This document shows positions 14,701 through 29,700 of a DNA stretch of 64,000 nucleotides, one piece after another. Location of the stretch: positions 28,582,001-28,646,000 of the forward strand of contig OZ024740.1 in NCBI GenBank assembly GCA_964016885.1, given 5' to 3'. Source of the DNA: Eledone cirrhosa (taxonomy: Eukaryota). The notes beneath the pieces are model-generated. The model searched no databases. It was not told the DNA's origin and saw nothing but the letters and a program-made list of their open reading frames with translations. Position numbers and translations under genes: made by a program. Within the stretch, counting starts at the first letter, position 1. Each line of letters starts with the position of its first letter.

Positions 14701-17700
14701 TTAACAGCTGTCTTATATATGTGTCTACTGTGCTAACAGCTGTCTTATATATGTGTCTACTGTGTTAACAGCTGTCTTATATATGTGTCTACTGTGTTAA
14801 CAGCTGTCTTATATATGTGTCTACTGTGTCAACAGCTGTGTTATATATGTATCTTCTGTGTAACAGCTGTCTTATATATGCGTCTACCGTGTTGACTGCT
14901 GTGTTATATATGTGTCTACTGTGTTAACAGCTGTCTTATATATGTGTCTACTGTGTTAACAGCTGTCTTATACATGTGTCTACTGTGTCAACAGCGGTGT
15001 TATATATGTGTCTACTGTGTTAACAGATGTCTTATATATGTGTCTACTGTGTCAACAGCTGTCTTATATATGTGTCTACTGTGTTAACAGCTGTCTTATA
15101 TATGTGTCTACTGTGCTAACAGCTGTCTTATATATGTGTCTACTGTGTTAACAGCTGTCTTATATATGCGTCTACTGTGTTAACAGCTGTCTTATATATG
15201 TGTCTACTGTGTTAACAGCTGTCTTATATATGCGTCTACTGTGTTAACAGCTGTCTTATATATGCGTCTACTGTGTCAACAGCTGTCTTATATATGCGTC
15301 TACTGTGTTAACAGCTGTCTTATATATGTGTCTACTGTGTTAACAGCTGTCTTATATATGCGTCTACTGTGTCAACAGCTGTCTTATATATGTGTCTACT
15401 GTGTTAACAGCTGTCTTATATATGCGTCTACTGTGTAAACTGCTGTGTTATATATGTGTCTACTGTGTTAACAGCTGTCTTATATATGTGTCTACTGTGT
15501 TAACAGCTGTCTTATATATGTGTCTACTGTGTTAACAGCTGTCTTAAATATGTGTCTACTGTGTTAACAGCTGTCTTATATATGTTTCTACTGTGTCAAC
15601 AGCTGTCTTATATATGTGTCTACTGTGTTAACAGCTGTCTTATATATGTGTCTACTGTGTTAACAGCTGTCTTAAATATGTGTCTACTGTGTTAACAGCT
15701 GTCTTATATATGTGTCTACTGTGTCAACAGCTGTCTTATATATGTGTCTACTGTGTTAACAGCTGTCTTATATATGTGTCTACTGTGTTAACAGCTGTGT
15801 TATATATGTGTCTACTGTGTCAACAGCTGTCTTATATATGTGTCTACTGTGTTAACAGCTGTCTTATATATGTGTCTACTGTGTTAACAGCTGTCTTACA
15901 TATGTGTGTACTGTGTCAACAGCTATGTTATATATGTGTCTACTGTGTTAACAGCTGTCTTATATATGTGTCTACTGTGTTAACAGCTGTCTTATATATG
16001 TGTCTTCTGTGTTAACAGCTGTCTTATAAATGTGTCTACTGTGTTAACAGCTGTGTTATATATGTGTCTATGGTGTCAACAGCTGTGTTATATATGTGTC
16101 TACTGTGTTAACAGCTGTCTTACATAGGTGTGTACTGTGTCAACAGCTGTGTTATATATGTGTCTACTGTGTCAACAGCTGTGTTATATATGTGTCTACT
16201 GTGCTAACAGCTGTCTTATATATGTGTCTACTGTGGTAAAAGATGTCTTATATATGTATCTACTGTGCTAACAGCTGTCTTATATATGTGTCTACTGTGT
16301 TAACAGATATCTTATATATGTGTCTACTGTGTTAACAGCTGTGTTATATATGTGTCTACTGTGTCAACAGCTGTCTTATATATGTGTCTACTGTGTTAAC
16401 AGATGTGTTATATATGTGTGTACTGTGTCAACAGCTGTGTTATATATGTGGCTACTGTGTTAACAGCTGTCTTATATATGTGTCTACTGTGTCAACAGCT
16501 GTGTTATATATGTGTCTACTGTGTTAACAGCTGTCTTATATATGTGTCTACTGTGCTAACAGCTGTCTTATATATATGTCTACTGTGTTAACAGCTGTCT
16601 TATATATGTGTCTACTGTGTTAACAGCTGTCTTATATATGTGTCTACTGTGTCAACAGCTGTGTTATATATGTGTCTTCTGTGTAACAGCTGTCTTATAT
16701 ATGCGTCTACCGTGTTGACTGCTGTGTTATATATGTGTCTACTGTGTTAACAGCTGTCTTATATATGTGTCTACTGTGTTAACAGCTGTCTTATATATGT
16801 GTCTACTGTGTCAACAGCTGTCTTATATATGTGTCTACTGTGTCAACAGCTGTGTTATATATGTGTCTTCTGTGTAACAGCTGTCTTATATATGCGTCTA
16901 CCGTGTTGACTGCTGTGTTATATATGTGTCTACTGTGTTAACAGCTGTCTTATATATGTGTCTACTGTGTTAACAGCTGTCTTACATATGTGTGTACTGT
17001 GTCAACAGCTGTGTTATATATGTGTCTACTGTGTTAACAGCTGTCTTATATATGTGTCTACTGTGTTAACAGCTGTCTTATATATGTGTCTTCTGTGTTA
17101 ACAGCTGTCTTATAAATGTGTCTACTGTGTTAACAGCTGTGTTATATATGTGTCTATGGTGTCAACAGCTGTGTTATATATGTGTCTACTGTGTTAACAG
17201 CTGTCTTACATATGTGTGTACTGTGCCAACAGCTGTGTTATATATGTGTCTACTGTGTTAACAGCTGTGTTATATATGTGTCTACTGTGCTAACAGCTGT
17301 CTTATATATGTGTCTACTGTGGTAAAAGATGTCTTATATATGTATCTACTGTGCTAACAGCTGTCTTATATATGTGTCTACTGTGTTAACAGATATCTTA
17401 TATATGTGTCTACTGTGTTAACAGCTGTGTTATATATGTGTCTACTGTGTCAACAGCTGTCTTATATATGTGTCTACTGTGTTAACAGATGTGTTATATA
17501 TGTGTGTACTGTGTCAACAGCTGTGTTATATATGTGTCTACTGTGTTAACAGCTGTCTTATATATGTGTCTACTGTGTCAACAGCTGTGTTATATATGTG
17601 TCTACTGTGTTATCAGCTGTCTTATATATGTGTCTACTGTGCTAACAGCTGTCTTATATATGTGTCTACTGTGTTAACAGCTGTCTTATATATGTGTCTA

Positions 17701-20700
17701 CTGTGTTAACAGCTGTCTTATATATGTGTCTACTGTGTCAACAGCTGTGTTATATATGTATCTTCTGTGTAACAGCTGTCTTATATATGCGTCTACCGTG
17801 TTGACTGCTGTGTTATATATGTGTCTACTGTGTTAACAGCTGTCTTATATATGTGTCTACTGTGTTAACAGCTGTCTTATACATGTGTCTACTGTGTCAA
17901 CAGCGGTGTTATATATGTGTCTACTGTGTTAACAGATGTCTTATATATGTGTCTACTGTGTCAACAGCTGTCTTATATATGTGTCTACTGTGTTAACAGA
18001 TGTCTTATATATGTGTCTACTGTGCTAACAGCTGTCTTATATATGTGTCTACTGTGTTAACAGCTGTCTTATATATGCGTCTACTGTGTTAACAGCTGTC
18101 TTATATATGTGTCTACTGTGTTAACAGCTGTCTTATATATGCGTCTACTGTGTTAACAGCTGTCTTATATATGCGTCTACTGTGTCAACAGCTGTCTTAT
18201 ATATGCGTCTACTGTGTTAACAGCTGTCTTATATATGTGTCTACTGTGTTAACAGCTGTCTTATATATGCGTCTACTGTGTCAACAGCTGTGTTATATAT
18301 GTGTCTACTGTGTTAACAGCTGTCTTATATATGCGTCTACTGTGTAAACTGCTGTGTTATATATGTGTCTACTGTGTTAACAGCTGTCTTATATATGTGT
18401 CTACTGTGTTAACAGCTGTCTTATATATGTGTCTACTGTGTTAACAGCTGTCTTAAATATGTGTCTACTGTGTTAACAGCTGTCTTATATATGTTTCTAC
18501 TGTGTCAACAGCTGTCTTATATATGTGTCTACTGTGTTAACAGCTGTCTTATATATGTGTCTACTGTGTTAACAGCTGTCTTAAATATGTGTCTACTGTG
18601 TTAACAGCTGTCTTATATATGTGTCTACTGTGTCAACAGCTGTCTTATATATGTGTCTACTGTGTTAACAGCTGTCTTATATATGTGTCTACTGTGTTAA
18701 CAGCTGTGTTATATATGTGTCTACTGTGTCAACAGCTGTCTTATATATGTGTCTACTGTGTTAACAGCTGTCTTATATATGTGTCTACTGTGTTAACAGC
18801 TGTCTTACATATGTGTCTACTGTGTTAACAGCTGTGTTATATATGTGTATATGGTGTCAACAGCTGTGTTATATATGTGTCTACTGTGTTAACAGCTGTC
18901 TTACATATGTGTGTACTGTGTCAACAGCTGTGTTATATATGTGTCTACTGTGTTAACAGCTGTGTTATATATGTGTCTACTGTGCTAACAGCTGTCTTAT
19001 ATATGTGTCTACTGTGGTAAAAGATGTCTTATATATGTATCTACTGTGCTAACAGCTGTCTTATATATGTGTCTACTGTGTTAACAGATATCTTATATAT
19101 GTGTCTACTGTGTTAACAGCTGTGTTATATATGTGTCTACTGTGTCAACAGCTGTCTTATATATGTGTCTACTGTGTTAACAGATGTGTTATATATGTGT
19201 GTACTGTGTCAACAGCTGTGTTATATATGTGGCTACTGTGTTAACAGCTGTCTTATATATGTGTCTACTGTGTCAACAGCTGTGTTATATATGTGTCTAC
19301 TGTGTTAACAGCTGTCTTATATATGTGTCTACTGTGCTAACAGCTGTCTTATATATGTGTCTACTGTGTTAACAGCTGTCTTATATATGTGTCTACTGTG
19401 TTAACAGCTGTCTTATATATGTGTCTACTGTGTCAACAGCTGTGTTATATATGTGTCTTCTGTGTAACAGCTGTCTTATATATGCGTCTACCGTGTTGAC
19501 TGCTGTGTTATATATGTGTCTACTGTGTTAACAGCTGTCTTATATATGTGTCTACTGTGTTAACAGCTGTCTTATACATGTGTCTACTGTGTCAACAGCG
19601 GTGTTATATATGTGTCTACTGTGTTAACAGATGTCTTATATATGTGTCTACTGTGTCAACAGCTGTCTTATATATGTGTCTACTGTGTTAACAGCTGTCT
19701 TATATATGTGTCTACTGTGCTAACAGCTGTCTTATATATGTGTCTACTGTGTTAACAGCTGTCTTATATATGCGTCTACTGTGTTAACAGCTGTCTTATA
19801 TATGTGTCTACTGTGTTAACAGCTGTCTTATATATGCGTCTACTGTGTTAACAGCTGTCTTATATATGCGTCTACTGTGTCAACAGCTGTCTTATATATG
19901 CGTCTAATGTGTTAACAGCTGTCTTATATATGTGTCTACTGTGTTAACAGCTGTCTTATATATGCGTCTACTGTGTCAACAGCTGTCTTATATATGTGTC
20001 TACTGTGTTAACAGCTGTCTTATATATGTGTCTACTGTGTTAACAGCTGTCTTATATATGTGTCTACTGTGTTAACAGCTGTCTTACATATGTGTGTACT
20101 GTGTCAACAGCTATGTTATATATGTGTCTACTGTGTTAACAGCTGTCTTATATATGTGTCTACTGTGTTAACAGCTGTCTTATATATGTGTCTTCTGTGT
20201 TAACAGCTGTCTTATAAATGTGTCTACTGTGTTAACAGCTGTGTTATATATGTGTCTATGGTGTCAACAGCTGTGTTATATATGTGTCTACTGTGTTAAC
20301 AGCTGTCTTACATATGTGTGTACTGTGTCAACAGCTGTGTTATATATGTGTCTACTGTGTTAACAGCTGTGTTATATATGTGTCTACTGTGCTAACAGCT
20401 GTCTTATATATGTGTCTACTGTGGTAAAAGATGTCTTATATATGTATCTACTGTGCTAACAGCTGTCTTATATATGTGTCTACTGTGTTAACAGATATCT
20501 TATATATGTGTCTACTGTGTTAACAGCTGTGTTATATATGTGTCTACTGTGTCAACAGCTGTCTTATATATGTGTCTACTGTGTTAACAGATGTGTTATA
20601 TATGTGTGTACTGTGTCAACAGCTGTGTTATATATGTGTCTACTGTGTTAACAGCTGTCTTATATATGTGTCTACTGTGTCAACAGCTGTGTTATATATG

Positions 20701-23700
20701 TGTCTACTGTGTTAACAGCTGTCTTATATATGTGTCTACTGTGCTAACAGCTGTCTTATATATGTGTCTACTGTGTTAACAGCTGTCTTATATATGTGTC
20801 TACTGTGTTAACAGCTGTCTTATATATGTGTCTACTGTGTCAACAGCTGTGTTATATATGTGTCTTCTGTGTAACAGCTGTCTTATATATGCGTCTACCG
20901 TGTTGACTGCTGTGTTATATATGTGTCTACTGTGTTAACAGCTGTCTTATATATGTGTCTACTGTGTTAACAGCTGTCTTATACATGTGTCTACTGTGTC
21001 AACAGCGGTGTTATATATGTGTCTACTGTGTTAACAGATGTCTTATATATGTGTCTACTGTGTCAACAGCTGTCTTATATATGTGTCTACTGTATTAACA
21101 GCTGTCTTATATATGTGTCTACTGTGCTAACAGCTGTCTTATATATGTGTCTACTGTGTTAACAGCTGTCTTATATATGCGTCTACTGTGTTAACAGCTG
21201 TCTTATATATGTGTCTACTGTGTTAACAGCTGTCTTATATATGCGTCTACTGTGTTAACAGCTGTCTTATATATGCGTCTACTGTGTCAACAGCTGTCTT
21301 ATATATGCGTCTACTGTGTAAACTGCTGTGTTATATATGTGTCTACTGTGTTAACAGCTGTCTTATATATGTGTCTACTGTGTTAACAGCTGTCTTATAT
21401 ATGTGTCTACTGTGTTAACAGCTGTCTTAAATATGTGTCTACTGTGTTAACAGCTGTCTTATATATGTTTCTACTGTGTCAACAGCTGTCTTATATATGT
21501 GTCTACTGTGTTAACAGCTGTCTTATATATGTGACTACTGTGTTAACAGCTGTGTTATATATGTGTCTACTGTGTAAACAGCTGTCTTATATATGTGTCT
21601 ACTGTGTCAACAGCTGTCTTATATATGTGTCTACTGTGTTAACAGCTGTCTTACCTATGTGTGTACTGTGTCAACAGCTGTGTTATATATGTGTCTACTG
21701 TGTTAACAGCTGTCTTATATATGTGTCTACTGTGTTAACAGCTGTCTTATATATGTGTCTTCTGTGTTAACAGCTGTGTTATATATGTGTCTACTGTGTC
21801 AACAGCTGTGTTATATATGTGTCAACTGTGTTAACAGCTGTCTTACATATGTGTGTACTGTGTCAACAGCTGTGTTATATATGTGTCTACTGTGTTAACA
21901 GCTGTGTTATATATGTGTCTACTGTGCTAACAGCTGTCTTATATATGTGTCTACTGTGTTAACAGATGTCTTATATATGTGTCTACTGTGCTAACAGCTG
22001 TCTTATATATGTGTCTACTGTGTTAACAGATGTCTTATATATGTGTCTACTGTGTTAACAGCTGTGTTATATATGTGTCTACTGTGTCAACAGCTGTCTT
22101 ATATATGTGTCTACTGTGTTAACAGCTGTGTTATATATGTGTGTACTGTGTCAACAGCTGTGTTATATATGTGTCTACTGTGTTAACAGCTGTCTTATAT
22201 ATGTGTCTACTGTGTCAACAGCTGTGTTATATATGTGTCTACTGTGTCAACAGCTGTCTTAAATATGTGTCTACTGTGTTAACAGCTGTCTTATATATGT
22301 GACTACTGTGTTAACAGCTGGGTTATATATGTGTCTACTGTGTTAACAGCTGTCTTATATATGTGTCTACTGTGTTAACAGCTGTGTTATATATGTGTCT
22401 ACTGTGTCAACAGCTGTCTTATATATGTGTCTACTGTGTTAACAGCTGTCTTATATATGTGTCTTCTGTGTTAACAGCTGTCTTATAAATGTGTCTACTG
22501 TGTTAACAGCTGTGTTATATATGTGTCTATGGTGTCAACAGCTGTGTTATATATGTGTCTACTGTGTTAACAGCTGTCTTACATATGTGTGTACTGTGTC
22601 AACAGCTGTGTTATATATGTGTCTACTGTGTTAACAGCTGTGTTATATATGTGTCTACTGTGCTAACAGCTGTCTTATATATGTGTCTACTGTGGTAAAA
22701 GATGTCTTATATATGTATCTACTGTGCTAACAGCTGTCTTATATATGTGTCTACTGTGTTAACAGATATCTTATATATGTGTCTACTGTGTTAACAGCTG
22801 TGTTATATATGTGTCTACTGTGTCAACAGCTGTCTTATATATGTGTCTACTGTGTTAACAGATGTGTTATATATGTGTGTACTGTGTCAACAGCTGTGTT
22901 ATATATGTGTCTACTGTGTTAACAGCTGTCTTATATATGTGTCTACTGTGTCAACAGCTGTGTTATATATGTGTCTACTGTGTTAACAGCTGTCTTATAT
23001 ATGTGTCTACTGTGCTAACAGCTGTCTTATATATGTGTCTACTGTGTTAACAGCTGTCTTATATATGTGTCTACTGTGTTAACAGCTGTCTTATATATGT
23101 GTCTACTGTGTCAACAGCTGTGTTATATATGTGTCTTCTGTGTAACAGCTGTCTTATATATGCGTCTACCGTGTTGACTGCTGTGTTATATATGTGTCTA
23201 CTGTGTTAACAGCTGTCTTATATATGTGTCTACTGTGTTAACAGCTGTCTTATACATGTGTCTACTGTGTCAACAGCGGTGTTATATATGTGTCTACTGT
23301 GTTAACAGATGTCTTATATATGTGTCTACTGTGTCAACAGCTGTCTTATATATGTGTCTACTGTGTTAACAGCTGTCTTATATATGTGTCTACTGTGCTA
23401 ACAGCTGTCTTATATATGTGTCTACTGTGTTAACAGCTGTCTTATATATGCGTCTACTGTGTTAACAGCTGTCTTATATATGTGTCTACTGTGTTAACAG
23501 CTGTCTTATATATGCGTCTACTGTGTTAACAGCTGTCTTATATATGCGTCTACTGTGTCAACAGCTGTCTTATATATGCGTCTACTGTGTTAACAGCTGT
23601 CTTATATATGTGTCTACTGTGTTAACAGCTGTCTTATATATGCGTCTACTGTGTCAACAGCTGTCTTATATATGTGTCTACTGTGTTAACAGCTGTCTTA

Positions 23701-26700
23701 TATATGTGTCTACTGTGTTAACAGCTGTCTTATATATGTGTCTACTGTGTTAACAGCTGTCTTACATATGTGTGTACTGTGTCAACAGCTATGTTATATA
23801 TGTGTCTACTGTGTTAACAGCTGTCTTATATATGTGTCTACTGTGTTAACAGCTGTCTTATATATGTGTCTTCTGTGTTAACAGCTGTCTTATAAATGTG
23901 TCTACTGTGTTAACAGCTGTGTTATATATGTGTCTATGGTGTCAACAGCTGTGTTATATATGTGTCTACTGTGTTAACAGCTGTCTTACATATGTGTGTA
24001 CTGTGTCAACAGCTGTGTTATATATGTGTCTACTGTGTTAACAGCTGTGTTATATATGTGTCTACTGTGCTAACAGCTGTCTTATATATGTGTCTACTGT
24101 GGTAAAAGATGTCTTATATATGTATCTACTGTGCTAACAGCTGTCTTATATATGTGTCTACTGTGTTAACAGATATCTTATATATGTGTCTACTGTGTTA
24201 ACAGCTGTGTTATATATGTGTCTACTGTGTCAACAGCTGTCTTATATATGTGTCTACTGTGTTAACAGATGTGCTATATATGTGTGTACTGTGTCAACAG
24301 CTGTGTTATATATGTGTCTACTGTGTTAACAGCTGTCTTATATATGTGTCTACTGTGTCAACAGCTGTGTTATATATGTGTCTACTGTGTTAACAGCTGT
24401 CTTATATATGTGTCTACTGTGCTAACAGCTGTCTTATATATGTGTCTACTGTGTTAACAGCTGTCTTATATATGTGTCTACTGTGTTAACAGCTGTCTTA
24501 TATATGTGTCTACTGTGTCAACAGCTGTGTTATATATGTGTCTTCTGTGTAACAGCTGTCTTATATATGCGTCTACCGTGTTGACTGCTGTGTTATATAT
24601 GTGTCTACTGTGTTAACAGCTGTCTTATATATGTGTCTACTGTGTTAACAGCTGTCTTATACATGTGTCTACTGTGTCAACAGCGGTGTTATATATGTGT
24701 CTACTGTGTTAACAGATGTCTTATATATGTGTCTACTGTGTCAACAGCTGTCTTATATATGTGTCTACTGTGTTAACAGCTGTCTTATATATGTGTCTAC
24801 TGTACTAACAGCTGTCTTATATATGTGTCTACTGTGTTAACAGCTGTCTTATATATGCGTCTACTGTGTTAACAGCTGTCTTATATATGTGTCTACTGTG
24901 TTAACAGCTGTCTTATATATGCGTCTACTGTGTTAACAGCTGTCTTATATATGCGTCTACTGTGTCAACAGCTGTCTTATATATGCGTCTACTGTGTTAA
25001 CAGCTGTCTTATATATGTGTCTACTGTGTTAACAGCTGTCTTATATATGCGACTACTGTGTCAACAGCTGTCTTATATATGTGTCTACTGTGTTAACAGC
25101 TGTCTTATATATGCGTCTACTGTGTAAACTGCTGTGTTATATATGTGTCTACTGTGTTAACAGCTGTCTTATATATGTGTCTACTGTGTTAACAGCTGTC
25201 TTATATATGTGTCTACTGTGTTAACAGCTGTCTTAAATATGTGTCTACTGTGTTAACAGCTGTCTTATATATGTTTCTACTGTGTCAACAGCTGTCTTAT
25301 ATATGTGTCTACTGTGTTAACAGCTGTCTTATATATGTGTCTACTGTGTTAACAGCTGTGTTATATATGTGTCTACTGTGTAAACAGCTGTCTTATATAT
25401 GTGTCTACTGTGTTAACAGCTGTCTTATATATGTGTCTACTGTGTTAACAGCTGTCTTACCTATGTGTGTACTGTGTCAACAGCTGTGTTATATATGTGT
25501 CTACTGTGTTAACAGCTGTCTTATATATGTGTCTACTGTGTTAACAGCTGTCTTATATATGTGTCTTCTGTGTTAACAGCTGTGTTATATATGTGTCTAC
25601 TGTGTTAACAGCTGTCTTATATATGTGTCTACTGTGTTAACAGCTGTCTTATACATGTGTCTACTGTGTCAACAGCGGTGTTATATATGTGTCTACTGTG
25701 TTAACAGATGTCTTATATATGTGTCTACTGTGTCAACAGCTGTCTTATATATGTGTCTACTGTGTTAACAGCTGTCTTATATATGTGTCTACTGTGCTAA
25801 CAGCTGTCTTATTTATGTGTCTACTGTGTTAACAGCTGTCTTATATATGCGTCTACTGTGTTAACAGCTGTCTTATATATGTGTCTACTGTGCTAACATC
25901 TGTCTTATATATGTGTCTACTGTGCTAACAGCTGTCTTATATATGTGTCTACAGTGTCAACAGCTGTCTTATATATGTGTCTACTGTGTTAACAGCTGTC
26001 TTATATATGTCTCTACTGTGCTAACAGCTGTCTTCTATATGTGTCTACTGTGTTAACAGCTGTCTTATATATGTGTCTACTGTGTCAACAGCTGTCTTAT
26101 ATATGTGTCTACTGTGCTATCAGCTGTGTTATATATGTGTCTACTGTGTCAACAGCTGTGTTATATATGTGTCTACTGTGTTAACAGCTGTCTTATATAT
26201 GTGTCTACTGTGCTAACAGCTGTGTTATATATGTGTCTACTGTGTTAACAGCTGTCTTATATATGTGTCTACTGTGCTAACAGCTGTGTTATATATGTGT
26301 CTACTGTGTTAACAGCTGTCTTATATATGTGTCTACTGTGTTAACAGCTGTCTTATATATGTGTCTACTGTGTCAACAGCTGTGTTATATATGTGTCTTC
26401 TGTGTTAACAGCTGTCTTATATATGCGTCTACTGTGTTAACTGCTGTGTTATGTATGTGTCTACTGTGTTAACAGCTGTTTTATATATGTGTCTACTGTG
26501 TTAACAGCTGTCTTATATATGTGTCTACTGTGTCAACAGCTGTGTTATACATGTGTCTACTGTGTTAACAGCTGTCTTATATATGTGTCTACTGTGTTAA
26601 CAGCTGTCTTATATATGCGTCTACTGTGTTAACAGCTGTCTTATATATGTGTCTACTGTGTCAACATCTGTCTTATATATGCGTCTACTGTGGTAAAAGA

Positions 26701-29700
26701 TGTCTTATATATGTATCTACTGTGCTAACAGCTGTCTTATATATGTGTCTACTGTGTTAACAGATATCTTATATATGTGTCTACTGTGTTAACAGCTGTG
26801 TTATATATGTGTCTACTGTGTCAACAGCTGTCTTATATATGTGTCTACTGTGTTAACAGATGTGCTATATATGTGTGTACTGTGTCAACAGCTGTGTTAT
26901 ATATGTGTCTACTGTGTTAACAGCTGTCTTATATATGTGTCTACTGTGTCAACAGCTGTGTTATATATGTGTCTACTGTGTTAACAGCTGTCTTATATAT
27001 GTGTCTACTGTGCTAACAGCTGTCTTATATATGTGTCTACTGTGTTAACAGCTGTCTTATATATGTGTCTACTGTGTTAACAGCTGTCTTATATATGTGT
27101 CTACTGTGTCAACAGCTGTGTTATATATGTGTCTTCTGTGTAACAGCTGTCTTATATATGCGTCTACCGTGTTGACTGCTGTGTTATATATGTGTCTACT
27201 GTGTTAACAGCTGTCTTATATATGTGTCTACTGTGTTAACAGCTGTCTTATACATGTGTCTACTGTGTCAACAGCGGTGTTATATATGTGTCTACTGTGT
27301 TAACAGATGTCTTATATATGTGTCTACTGTGTCAACAGCTGTCTTATATATGTGTCTACTGTGTTAACAGCTGTCTTATATATGTGTCTACTGTACTAAC
27401 AGCTGTCTTATATATGTGTCTACTGTGTTAACAGCTGTCTTATATATGCGTCTACTGTGTTAACAGCTGTCTTATATATGTGTCTACTGTGTTAACAGCT
27501 GTCTTATATATGCGTCTACTGTGTTAACAGCTGTCTTATATATGCGTCTACTGTGTCAACAGCTGTCTTATATATGCGTCTACTGTGTTAACAGCTGTCT
27601 TATATATGTGTCTACTGTGTTAACAGCTGTCTTATATATGCGTCTACTGTGTCAACAGCTGTCTTATATATGTGTCTACTGTGTTAACAGCTGTCTTATA
27701 TATGCGTCTACTGTGTAAACTGCTGTGTTATATATGTGTCTACTGTGTTAACAGCTGTCTTATATATGTGTCTACTGTGTTAACAGCTGTCTTATATATG
27801 TGTCTACTGTGTTAACAGCTGTCTTAAATATGTGTCTACTGTGTTAACAGCTGTCTTATATATGTTTCTACTGTGTCAACAGCTGTCTTATATATGTGTC
27901 TACTGTGTTAACAGCTGTCTTATATATGTGTCTACTGTGTTAACAGCTGTGTTATATATGTGTCTACTGTGTAAACAGCTGTCTTATATATGTGTCTACT
28001 GTGTTAACAGCTGTCTTATATATGTGTCTACTGTGTTAACAGCTGTCTTACCTATGTGTGTACTGTGTCAACAGCTGTGTTATATATGTGTCTACTGTGT
28101 TAACAGCTGTCTTATATATGTGTCTACTGTGTTAACAGCTGTCTTATATATGTGTCTTCTGTGTTAACAGCTGTGTTATATATGTGTCTACTGTGTCAAC
28201 AGCTGTGTTATATATGTGTCAACTGTGTTAACAGCTGTCTTACATATGTGTGTACTGTGTCAACAGCTGTGTTATATATGTGTCTACTGTGTTAACAGCT
28301 GTGTTATATATGTGTCTACTGTGCTAACAGCTGTCTTATATATGTGTCTACTGTGTCAACAGCTGTGTTATATATGTGTCTACTGTGTTAACAGCTGTCT
28401 TATATATGTGTCTACTGTGTTAACAGCTGTCTTATATATGTGTCTACTGTGTTAACAGCTGTCTTATATATGCGTCTACTGTGTTAACAGCTGTCTTATA
28501 TATGCGTCTACTGTGTCAACAGCTGTCTTATATATGCGTCTACTGAGTTAACAGCTGTCTTATATATGTGTCTACTGTGTTAACAGCTGTCTTATATATG
28601 CGTCTACTGTGTTAACAGATGTCTTATATATGTGTCTACTGTGTCAACAGCTGTCTTATATATGTGTCTACTGTGTTAACAGCTGTCTTATATATGTGTC
28701 TACCGTGTTGACTGCTGTGTTATATATGTGTCTACTGTGTTAACAGCTGTCTTATATATGTGTCTACTGTGTTAACAGCTGTCTTATACATGTGTCTACT
28801 GTGTCAACAGCGGTGTTATATATGTGTCTACTGTGTTAACAGATGTCTTATATATGTGTCTACTGTGTCAACAGCTGTCTTATATATGTGTCTACTGTGT
28901 TAACAGCTGTCTTATATATGTGTCTACTGTGCTAACAGCTGTCTTATTTATGTGTCTACTGTGTTAACAGCTGTCTTATATATGCGTCTACTGTGTTAAC
29001 AGCTGTCTTATATATGTGTCTACTGTGCTAACATCTGTCTTATATATGTGTCTACTGTGCTAACAGCTGTCTTATATATGTGTCTACAGTGTCAACAGCT
29101 GTCTTATATATGTGTCTACTGTGTTAACAGCTGTCTTATATATGTCTCTACTGTGCTAACAGCTGTCTTCTATATGTGTCTACTGTGTTAACAGCTGTCT
29201 TATATATGTGTCTACTGTGTCAACAGCTGTCTTATATATGTGTCTACTGTGCTATCAGCTGTGTTATATATGTGTCTACTGTGTCAACAGCTGTGTTATA
29301 TATGTGTCTACTGTGTTAACAGCTGTCTTATATATGTGTCTACTGTGCTAACAGCTGTGTTATATATGTGTCTACTGTGTTAACAGCTGTCTTATATATG
29401 TGTCTACTGTGCTAACAGCTGTGTTATATATGTGTCTACTGTGTTAACAGCTGTCTTATATATGTGTCTACTGTGTTAACAGCTGTCTTATATATGTGTC
29501 TACTGTGTCAACAGCTGTGTTATATATGTGTCTTCTGTGTTAACAGCTGTCTTATATATGCGTCTACTGTGTTAACTGCTGTGTTATGTATGTGTCTACT
29601 GTGTTAACAGCTGTTTTATATATGTGTCTACTGTGTTAACAGCTGTCTTATACATGTGTCTACTGTGTCAACAGCTGTGTTATACATGTGTCTACTGTGT

